From the NCBI GenBank assembly GCA_000004985.1, contig GG738870.1: 64,000 nt of DNA. One strand, written 5' to 3'. The notes under the pieces were generated by a model. That model was not told the origin of the DNA. It was given only the letters and a program-made list of their open reading frames with translations, and ran no database searches. The translations under genes and the position numbers were made by a program. Numbering within the stretch: the stretch's first letter is position 1; every line of letters starts with the position of its first letter. This stretch comes from Naegleria gruberi (taxonomy: Eukaryota). Below are positions 56,585 through 64,000 of this stretch, piece after piece.

Positions 56585-57868
56585 ATGAAAGTTTCAAATT
56601 TATTATTCATTTGTCTATTCCTATTCACTTTTGCTTACAAGTTGACTGTTGCCTCTAGCACTTCCAACATGCTACAACCAGTCAATTTATTTCAGAAGAG
56701 AACATCTCAAGCAGTGTGCACATGTCCTAGATGTCCAGACAAAATTAACATCAACAATTTCTTGTTCTCAACTGAGGTGAATTGTCCCACCAAGTGTCCC
56801 ACAGGCTATTACGTCAATGGAATGGATCTCTTGATTTCACCATTTAATGACTACCATACCTACATTATTGAAACTACATCCACTGACACTTCAAACAAAA
56901 TTAATGACTTGTCAAAAGATCAAACCAGATACAATCTTGGAGATTGTTTCAGTGCCTCTACTTCCTTAAATCTTGATACCACTGATTACACTACCAAGAT
57001 TACATGTAAGAATGCCATTACTCAATGCTCAGTTCAAGTGAAAAATGTTTGTTTTTGCTCCAAATCCCCTTCAAAATTGGTTATTATTGCTCCTTCTCTT
57101 GTTGTGACTGGATCTAAATACACACCTGAAGTAAGAATTGTTGACAATGATGGAAATATAGTTCCAAGAAACTATCTCATTGAATTCATTTCACCTGGTC
57201 AATCCTATACTTCTATGGCATCAAATGGTATCATGAAAGTTAATGAACTTATTGCCCCAAGCTCTGGTACTGTTACATTAAGAGCTTCTATCAGTTCTCT
57301 TTCAGGTTCTGCTCCTTCATTGACTTCTGCTGAGTTTACTGTCACTGTCACTCAATCCTTATTCACATGTTATGGTGCTTCACCTTCCAACAGTTCTGTT
57401 TGTAGTGGTAAAGGAACATGTACTGCTCAAGATGTTTGCTCATGTTTCACAGGATACAGTGGTAGTAAATGTGAAACATTCTCCTCAACCACTCAAGTTT
57501 CCAGCATTAAACTCTCAGTTCCCTCCACTGTGAATAGTGGTTCTCAATTTACTGCAACTGTTTCAATGTTGGATTCAAGTGGAAGTACCATGAAATCAGG
57601 TTCAGGAACTATCACTTTGGATATTGTTGGTGCATCTTCTGATGTTACAATGGTTGGTGATAAGTCCAAAGTGGCAGGTGAAGGTGTTGCTTCATTCTCT
57701 GTTCAATTGTCAACATTGACATCAACTTCGATCTCTCTAAAGGCGAACTATCAAACACTTTCAGATACCAAATCAGTTAATGTGGATATATCCAGGACAT
57801 CTCAATGTGCTGCCATTTGGAGTTATCTTTTCACAATAACCTTTTTTGTAATTTTATTTATTATCTAA
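56585..57868 (+). CDS. Secreted Ser/Thr-rich cell-surface protein with an EGF-like Cys module and a C-terminal hydrophobic (GPI-type) tail
   Basis: This is a single ORF with a signal peptide (MKVSNLLFICLFLFTFAYKL). It has an EGF-like Cys pattern (CSGKGTCTAQDVCSCFTGYSGSKCE) and an N-terminal Cys-rich region (CTCPRCPDK...CPTKCPTGYY). Much of the rest is Ser/Thr-rich and likely O-glycosylated, and the last ~22 residues (AAIWSYLFTITFFVILFII) look like a GPI-anchor signal. Confidence 0.7.
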   Translation: MKVSNLLFICLFLFTFAYKLTVASSTSNMLQPVNLFQKRTSQAVCTCPRCPDKININNFLFSTEVNCPTKCPTGYYVNGMDLLISPFNDYHTYIIETTSTDTSNKINDLSKDQTRYNLGDCFSASTSLNLDTTDYTTKITCKNAITQCSVQVKNVCFCSKSPSKLVIIAPSLVVTGSKYTPEVRIVDNDGNIVPRNYLIEFISPGQSYTSMASNGIMKVNELIAPSSGTVTLRASISSLSGSAPSLTSAEFTVTVTQSLFTCYGASPSNSSVCSGKGTCTAQDVCSCFTGYSGSKCETFSSTTQVSSIKLSVPSTVNSGSQFTATVSMLDSSGSTMKSGSGTITLDIVGASSDVTMVGDKSKVAGEGVASFSVQLSTLTSTSISLKANYQTLSDTKSVNVDISRTSQCAAIWSYLFTITFFVILFII

Positions 57869-57922
57869 TAATAATAATATTGCATTAAATAAATTTAATA
57901 TTACAAAATTTAATTATTATAA

Positions 57923-58281
57923 ATGGATCAAGACTTCATTGACTCAAGTTATTTCTCAAATGATCTGACAAAGTCTAATAACATCAAGTCATGTATTAGA
58001 ATAGTGTTCAAGTAGGTAATACCAGTAGTATTTTACGTGAATTTTATCATGAGCTTCCAAAGAAACATTCTAAGGGAGGTCAATCTCTTGAAAGATTTGC
58101 TAGAAATAGAGAAATTGCCAAGAATGAATATCTAAAGATTATTGCAGAGAAGGCAAATTCTTTATTCGTATCGCCAACTTTGAATGCTCCAACTGTAGAT
58201 GCTATTATTCTTGCTGGATGTGCTGAATTGAAGAATGAATTACTTTCTCTCAAATCTGATTGTTTGGTAATAGTAAAATAG
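57923..58281 (+). pseudogene. Eukaryotic release factor eRF1 remnant (NIKS-region fragment plus middle-domain fragment), frame-broken and internally deleted
   Basis: A stop-free frame over 58000..58281 encodes NSVQVGNTSSILREFYHELPKKHSKGGQSLERFARNREIAKNEYLKIIAEKANSLFVSPTLNAPTVDAIILAGCAELKNELLSLKSDCLVIVK*. This aligns residue by residue with eRF1 domain 2 ([56 protein letters not shown]...[26 protein letters not shown]). A different frame over 57923..58015 encodes MDQDFIDSSYFSNDLTKSNNIKSCIRIVFK*, which resembles the NIKS loop region of domain 1. No canonical splice joins the two frames, and about 100 aa of eRF1 lying between them, plus the N- and C-terminal parts, are absent. Confidence 0.5.
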
Positions 58282-58302
58282 TAAAAAGTAACTAAGAGTG
58301 AT

Positions 58303-59398
58303 TTAGGTCAATTTGAACATGCCTTGAATTGCCTTGGCAGAGTAAGCTTCTTCCAAACTCTTCTTTTCTTCATCGGTTAATTGAATTTCCAATGCTTGCA
58401 CATTGAGTTCAATATTTACAGCTTTAGTGGCGCCAACAATTGGACAAGCAACACCTGGCTTGGAAAGCAACCAAGCAAGTGCAATTTGAGCAGGTGGTAC
58501 ATTTCTCTTCTTTGCAATTTCTGAAACTCTTCTCAATGTTTCTTTATCACCCTCTGTTAAATTTTCCTTAAATATATTTTGGAAATAATCAGAGGTAGCT
58601 CTCTTGGAATCAATTGCTTGTTCAGCATTGACAAATTCATGAGCACGAGCGAGCATTCCATTGGAAAGAGGTCCCCATGGAGTGAGAGAAACATGTTGGT
58701 CAACACATAATGGATTCATTTCTCTTTCTTCTTCTCTATAGATGAGATTGTGGAGATTTTGCATGGAAATGAATTTGGTCAATCCCTTCTTCTCAGCATA
58801 GTGTTGAGCTTTAGCAAATTGCCAAGCAAACATTGTGGAAGCACCAATGTATCTGACCTTTCCAGACTTGACTAAATCATGGAGTGTTTCCATAGTTTCT
58901 TCAATTGGAGTATTTTCATCCCAACGATGGATAATGTACAAATCAATGTCTATTCAATCAATCATTATTAATCAAATGAAATATTTCAGTAAACTTACAA
59001 TCGAGACCTAATCTTTGCAATGAATCTTCAACTGCATGCATAATGTGCTTTCTGGAGAGACCAAAAGTGTTTGGTTTCAACTTGCTAAAGTCCATTACCA
59101 TAGATTGTTCACCACTTCTGTCCACTGGAGCACAAACTTTGGTAGCCACAACAATTTCCTCTCTTGAAATGTTGAATTTCTTAATGAAATTTCCTAAAAT
59201 TCTTTCACTTTCTCCATTACTATAAACATTGGCAGTATCGAAAAAGTTAATTCCCAAATCCCATGCCTTCTTCAAAATGATCATTGATTCCTCTTCATTC
59301 AATACCCAAGGCATCCACTTGGAAGATCCAAAACTCATACAACCCAAACAAAGTTGAGAAACCTTCAAACCACTATTACCCAAATTGACGTATTTCAT
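58303..59398 (-). CDS. Aldo-keto reductase; 2 exons
   Basis: Exon 1 (58999..59398, ATG 59398) ends ...LQRLGLD at phase 1 on a GTAAGT donor. A 49-nt intron with a TAG acceptor gives exon 2 (58303..58949), which starts YIDLYIIHRWD and reconstitutes the AKR hallmark LGLDYIDLY. The family is conserved throughout the protein (GASTMFAWQFAKA, PWGPLSNG). Confidence 0.9.
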
Positions 59399-59511
59399 TG
59401 TTTCTTTAATATTTTTTCTCTATCAAACTATGAAGCTTATTCAATAAGAATTGAATTTGTTTTTTTTGTTTTTGAAATTGTTCTTCTTTATTGCCAGCGA
59501 ATTTAAGTAGG

Positions 59512-59613
59512 AAAATTTGTGCTCATATTTTCGCGAGCAGATTAATGTTTTGATGGTTTTGGATGGATATGATGATTTAAAATTGTGCTCACATTTTCAC
59601 GAGCAGATTAATG
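59512..59613 (+). repeat. Two roughly 35-bp direct repeats (AAAATT(T)GTGCTCAyATTTTCrCGAGCAGATTAATG) spaced 66 bp
   Basis: Copy A (59512..59547) and copy B (59578..59613) differ by two substitutions and one T indel. Each contains a small palindromic core (CTCGCGAG in A, CTCGTGAG in B). They lie in the roughly 360-bp region between the aldo-keto reductase ATG (minus, 59398) and tRNA-Met (59761). The track ORF 59517..59789 merely spans them. Confidence 0.7.
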
Positions 59614-59760
59614 ACTGTAGACATTTAAAAAAAGTGAATTCTTTTTGTAAATTGGTACAAGGTCAATCTGGTTTTGGATGTTATGTAATTCCTTTTGTAA
59701 GCACTCAAGCACTCACTTTGGACTTCAACAAGCATTCATACTTTTGGCTAATAATGTATC

Positions 59761-59833
59761 GGGGTCATGGCGCAGTCGGTAGCGCGTAGGTCTCATAATC
59801 CTAAGGTCGTGAGTTCGATCCTCACTGACCCCA
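59761..59833 (+). tRNA. Elongator tRNA-Met (anticodon CAT)
   Basis: The sequence GGGGTCATGGCGCAGTCGGTAGCGCGTAGGTCTCATAATCCTAAGGTCGTGAGTTCGATCCTCACTGACCCCA is near-identical in its D arm, anticodon arm and T arm to metazoan or fungal elongator tRNA-Met, with anticodon loop CTCATAA. A T5 run lies at 59836..59840. Confidence 0.9.
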
Positions 59834-59835
59834 AC

Positions 59836-59840
59836 TTTTT
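59836..59840 (+). terminator. Pol III T-run terminator for tRNA-Met
   Basis: TTTTT lies 2 nt after the tRNA 3' end. Confidence 0.55.
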
Positions 59841-60248
59841 GCTTTCAATTAGTCATATTTAAGAACCCTTATTGAACTTTCCACGAAGAGGATTCTGGAA
59901 CAACAAGGTGGAAATAGTATTAGATTTTTAAATTTATGCCTTCAAGATTGGTTTCAACATCATCTGTTAAATCTGTTAAACCACAAAAGAAAGATAAAAA
60001 CAAAGCCAGTAAATCCTGTGAGAAAGAAGCTCAAAACCAATAATGCCAAACTTCATACCAGCCCACAACAAAGCTAAAATCCAAATCCCACAACCAGCGA
60101 AAATAGTGCCTGAGCACGTGGTGATATTAGCCAACTCCAGAATTCGGTATTTTATTATAGAATAGAAACAGAAATATGAAGGAATTTTCAAATTAATGTT
60201 GCTAAATGGCTTTTAGGCTGTATTAAGACAGATGTTAAGAATTTGAGA

Positions 60249-62765
60249 ATGAAAGTTGGTGCCCTGTTACAAGGTGCTCAGTCGTCTTTTAACAGACATT
60301 ATCAATGGCTTGTTCTGTTTTTTAACGATAAAACATCTATGCTTCTTGGACGTGTTATTATTACAGCAACATTAATAAAAATGAATAGAGGATTTATAAC
60401 GGAAGGTGTACAGGATGTTAAAGGTTTAGTGGTCGGTGGTGTTCAGGATGTTAAAGGCTTAGTAGTTGGAGGAGTACAGGATGTAAAGGACAAGGTGGTT
60501 GGAGGATTCCACACTTTGAATAAGGCTACATCAATATTGAGGAGAAAAATTATTAGTGATGTTGGAAATGCTAAGGAACTAAATAAGAAGGTGATCAGTT
60601 ATTTTACAGGAAAAGAGAGTAGGTTGATGAAGAATATTATTTAATAATTAATAATTATAAATAATATTTTAAATAGAGGCTCTTGAACATCCTTCAACAA
60701 TTAATTTTGCATCAGATGAATTTGATCCTGAGGATTGTAGGTTATCATCAATGTTTAATAATTCTGATTTTTAGATACTGATACCTTATTCACAAAATCC
60801 GATTACAAACAAATTGAAAGCAATTGGCTTGCAGGATTATCTATTGAACAAACAAAAGCAAAGGAAAAATTACAAGAATTAGTTTCAGATAATTATATAC
60901 AATTCATTGATGCTTCAAAAGAGGTTTCAAGTTTTATGGATGTTGATTTGATTGAAATTGGTAATCTTGTAACTTCTATGAAAAATGTTATTTCAGACAT
61001 TGACTCAGTTGATTTGACTTTGGATTATAGATGTTTGTACCCAACTTTTAAAAGTGTTGATGTTGAGGCTTTAAGAGAAGTTGAATATACAATGCTACCA
61101 GAATTGGAAATGATAATTTCTCAAAGACTATTTCACAAAGCAGCAGAATTGGTTGAATTAATAGATAAAAAACTAGTGTTGGAAGATGATATCAAAATGG
61201 AAAAAGACTACAGAGCGTCACTTCAACAATTGAAAAAGAAATTCTACCAAAAAAGAATTGAACTCAGTGAATCTGTTTCTGAGTCGGTCAAAAGTGGCCT
61301 TTCCAGTAATAAGGATGTTAAATTATTGGAAAAAATTTCAGGAACAGAGATTGCTATTACAACTTATCTAAAAGGAAAAAAGGTTAGAATTAAGAATATT
61401 CTTACAAAGATAGAATGCAGAGGAAATGTTGAGGACTACACAAAAACAGCCTCCAAACATGTTTTCAAGATGATTGAAGTAGTTTGTGCGGAGTTTAGAG
61501 AGTTATTTACTGATGATACAAATACCTCTTTTTTTATTCAGTGGTCATTTGAGGTGTTAGAAAAATTAGTCTCCACTGTCAAAGTTCAAATATTAGGTCA
61601 ACAATGTTTTGAAACCACATCTAACAGTATCAATGTTATCATTAAGAAGGCTCAACAGTTAGAAAAGATGGGTATCACAGTATCTTTCTACATACATAAA
61701 CTGTTGTTACCTGATGTTGAGAAAACAATGAGACAACGATGTATTGAATTAAGAGAGGAGATATTTAGAATAGCTTGTTCTGAATTATGGAATTACAAAA
61801 ATGTTCCCTGCGATTTATTTGCTGTTGCCCTTCCAGATGTTGTAAAGCAATTGAAGGTGGGGCAAAGTTGCCTTGTATTTGTGAATAGTATTCGTACTTT
61901 TATTATTAATTGTAGTTTAATAGTTTCCTCATATGTAAGTAATCACATACCAATATCTTACACCGTCAAGTCTTTCAATATTGTAAATATGTGTGTCACA
62001 GAACTCTTTGAGACTACCTTATCAAAATATTATGAGATTGGTTTGTCAAAAACCATTAGTGAGAAACAATTCTTTGTAATTTTATCAAGTTCAAGGTTTA
62101 TCTTACAAGGAATGTTGGAGGAGGTTTCAGAGATGTTAAAGGTTTGTTCTTGTAAACATATTTTCTCTTTAACATTTGATTAGTTATTATTTGATAAGAA
62201 TTTACCAGTAGAAATTACAATTCTTAAATCTAAAATATTTGGTTTTGATTCAAGATTGTTAGAGAAATATTGTGAGAACAAAGCTTTCAATTTAGTAGAT
62301 GAAAAAATAGGATGGAATCACAGCTACATTGCTCAAGAAATATCATCTGTAACGAGTGTCAGCAAATTCTTTGCTCAGGTCATCTCATACTTTGATAAAT
62401 TATCGAATCATATAGCTTCATCTTTTGACAAGGATTCTATCCCAATAATGAGGCTTTTCATTAAATATACGGTAGAATATCTTACTGACAAGAGTAATGC
62501 AATGACAAGCATGATTGAGGATACAAAAGAATCAGCAAAGAAACATAAGGTTAATCAGATTATTCTTGATCTGAGCTACTTTAAACAACAATTATCAAGC
62601 AGAGATTTTATTTCAGAGGAAGTAAGTATTGTTTTAATCATAATTATTTACCCATGATAGGATGAGGATACGATTATATCATATATTGATTTCATAAGAG
62701 ATTTAAACCATGGATCAGAGAGTGTGCTCTCTAATCGAGCAATTGAAGAGATACTTAATAAATAA
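60249..62765 (+). CDS. Exo84/Vps51-family vesicle-tethering-complex subunit with an unusual Gly/Val-rich 11-mer-repeat N-terminal exon; 5 exons
   Basis: The proposed exons are 60249..60618, 60677..60740, 60821..62141, 62184..62621 and 62661..62765 (stop TAA 62763-62765). The track ORF starts at TTG 60243; in-frame ATGs at 60249 and 60342 are alternative starts. Exon 1 ends at phase 1 on a GTAGGT donor, with a 58-nt intron and TAG acceptor, and exon 2 has a matching phase 1. Introns of 80 nt (GT...AAG), 42 nt (GTTTGT...TAG) and 39 nt (GTAAGT...TAG) follow. Exon 2 encodes ...NFASDEFDPEDC, the Vps51/Dor1-type FDPE motif, and exon 3 encodes NWLAGLSIEQTKAKEKLQELVSDNYIQFIDASKEV followed by ISQRLFHKAAELVELIDKKL, which resembles Exo84's IAQRDFEGAVDLLDKLN. 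The rest is an alpha-helical bundle. Confidence 0.55.
60402..60500 (+). repeat. Coding 33-bp tandem repeat, 3 units (GVQDVKGLVVG 11-mers)
   Basis: The units are 60402..60434, 60435..60467 and 60468..60500, with about 80% pairwise identity. They encode EGVQDVKGLVV / GGVQDVKGLVV / GGVQDVKDKVV, and the paralog at 55988..56164 has a single unit. Confidence 0.85.
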
Positions 62766-62836
62766 ACTTTGCCGCCAATTTCTCCCGCTTTTTGTTGGCG
62801 TTTTTCAGTACAACAATAAAAATCAATATCAAAAAA

Positions 62837-63990
62837 ATGCACTCAAGTTACTTCCTCAATCACAAGTCATCTAGGCCTAAGAATGATGATACGGAAGAAG
62901 ATGAAGACATTATTGTTGAATTATCAACAAAAAAAGACCAAAGAAAAGTTATCTTAACTGGGTCTAAGGAAGAAATAAATACATCTGAAGATGAAGTTGA
63001 AGAAGGATATTTATCGGATAGCTTAAAAGAGGTTGACTATCATAACTTGGAAGAACCATCTTTCATTGAAAATTCGGATGAAGAAGATATGGATCTCATA
63101 ACGATACAATCACTAAGGGAATCTCATCAGCAAAAATTAGACCAAGTGGAACGAGAATACCTCTCTCTTAGAGAAAAGAACAATATGTCAGTTGATGTGC
63201 ATAAAACAAGAAATGTTCGGATTAAAAACCCAATGAATTCATACAGAACAGTCACATTTAGTGACCAATTTGATGAGGAGCCAAGAAACTCTCCTAAATC
63301 TGACACTGAAGAAAGGGATTTCTCTCAAGTAAACAGAAGAGTATCTGAGATCATCAGTGAGGTCAGTTTGGACGACGATAATACCAGTGTCAGTTCTGAT
63401 GACACTGAGTTCAAACAAGATTACAAACACTATTTCAATGACCCAAGTTTACATAATCAATTGATTGATGAAGAGTCAGTAGAACGAGACTATAACTATA
63501 ATGATATTAGTGACACTTGTACAGTGATTTCGGATGTGTCAGAATTTGTAAAGGAAAGAGATGCCGAGGGACCAACAGAAAACATCGAACGTAAAAACAT
63601 CACTGTGCCTCTTCCATTCAAATTTGAGGACAGAGAGGCCAGAAAGCCTTTGGGCATTCATAGAAGGAAGATGGATGACTATATCAATAAGATTAAAATG
63701 GAAGAAGAACATCATCTCAACAAAAGATTCAAAGCAAATCCAGTTCCAAAATCAACAAAGACTCCTTTATATGAATCTGTAAGAATAAGGACTGAATTAC
63801 AGACAAAGCTGGAGAGAAAGGCTCTTGAGGAAATGACTAAAAAAATAATTAAGCCATTTTATTTTGCTGAGAGAGACGAAAGGAGGTCCAAACAATTAGA
63901 AGAAGAGAAAATACTAAAACAAGAGGAGCATTATATGAGATTTGAAAAAGGATTTGTGGCTAATCCAGGTTTGTTTCAAATTTTCCTATA
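62837..63990 (+). CDS. TPX2-family microtubule-associated protein (partial; continues past the window end)
   Basis: The frame is stop-free from the ATG at 62837 to the window end. It is not in the ORF track because it has no stop; the listed ORFs 63239..63430(-) and 63561..63782(+) are off-frame. The TPX2 signature motifs are TVPLPFKFEDREARK (PFxFxxxxR) and KRFKANPVPKS (FKAxPxP), followed by KLERKALEEMTKKIIKPFYFAERDERRSKQLEEEKILKQEE, and the sequence ends ...FVANPG at a probable GTTTGT donor at 63968. Confidence 0.6.
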
Positions 63991-64000
63991 TTCTTACATC

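Noticed and set aside
59517-59789. This 90-aa plus-strand ORF runs through the direct repeats and into tRNA-Met.
   Set aside because: It reads through two non-coding direct repeats and overlaps the tRNA. It begins at a TTG and has atypical composition. It is best explained as chance.
60402-60500. I asked whether the 33-bp tandem repeats could be a CRISPR-like array.
   Set aside because: This is eukaryotic sequence. The units are contiguous with no spacers, they maintain an open reading frame encoding 11-mer peptide repeats, and the context is a spliced gene.

Overview
This 64-kb window is a gene-dense, AT-rich eukaryotic nuclear segment that uses the standard genetic code; there is no prokaryotic operon structure or CRISPR array. 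I can support about 45 protein-coding genes, three tRNA genes (two identical tRNA-His(GUG) copies in inverted orientation and one elongator tRNA-Met(CAU)), one gene-fragment pseudogene (eRF1-like), an N-run assembly gap and several simple or tandem repeats. Most ORFs in the supplied track are exons of spliced genes, and ORF entries whose 'M' is really TTG or GTG are internal exon pieces rather than true starts.

I reconstructed roughly 30 introns by eye. Almost all are very short (38-80 nt; only two are longer, at about 220 and 277 nt). The donors are strong, the GTAGGT donor is used repeatedly, acceptors are plain TAG/AAG/CAG, and phases are consistent. Recognisable products are:
- a proline-rich WH2 actin-regulator, an FSH1/OVCA2 serine hydrolase, a VPS9-domain protein and a YfcH/SDR39U1-type epimerase;
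- a Rac-like Rho GTPase (CAAX = CNIL), a BTB protein and an importin-beta (IPO5/Kap121-like);
- a HAD-IIA phosphoglycolate-type phosphatase, NDUFV1 (complex I 51-kDa subunit), TUG/ASPSCR1 (UBX protein), F-box and F-box/LRR proteins, a Sel1-repeat protein and an RCC1-repeat protein;
- a secreted lipocalin, Mpv17/PMP22, a mitochondrial FolD/MTHFD-type enzyme and a ZIP11/ZupT-like zinc transporter with five exons;
- ZFAND1 (two AN1 fingers plus a ubiquitin-like domain), AMPK gamma (four CBS domains), an ATAD2/Yta7 AAA+ bromodomain ATPase and USP5/Ubp14;
- a Nup88/Nup82-like nucleoporin, phosphatidylserine decarboxylase, CCDC25/Jlp2, an ankyrin-repeat protein, an EGF-like secreted Ser/Thr-rich surface protein and an aldo-keto reductase;
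- an Exo84/Vps51-family tethering subunit and a TPX2-family microtubule-associated protein that runs off the window end.

Gene spacing is extreme. Two convergent gene pairs have stop codons 1 nt and 6 nt apart, and one tandem pair is separated by 37 bp.

The observations I think are most worth following up are:
- an inverted duplication of tRNA-His plus conserved 3' flank, bracketing a 4.7-kb three-gene segment;
- a Gly/Val-rich 11-residue-repeat N-terminal module that is apparently spliced onto the Exo84-like gene and also exists as a truncated stand-alone paralog 4.3 kb upstream, with 33-bp tandem-repeat copy-number difference between them;
- an internally deleted, frame-broken eRF1 remnant;
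- a 1.8-kb ORF-free divergent intergenic island that is unusual in this compact context.

I cannot name the organism from sequence alone. The combination of composition, low-complexity His/Ser/Asn/Tyr proteins and a 40-60 nt intron spectrum is compatible with a compact amoebozoan-like or early-fungal-like genome.
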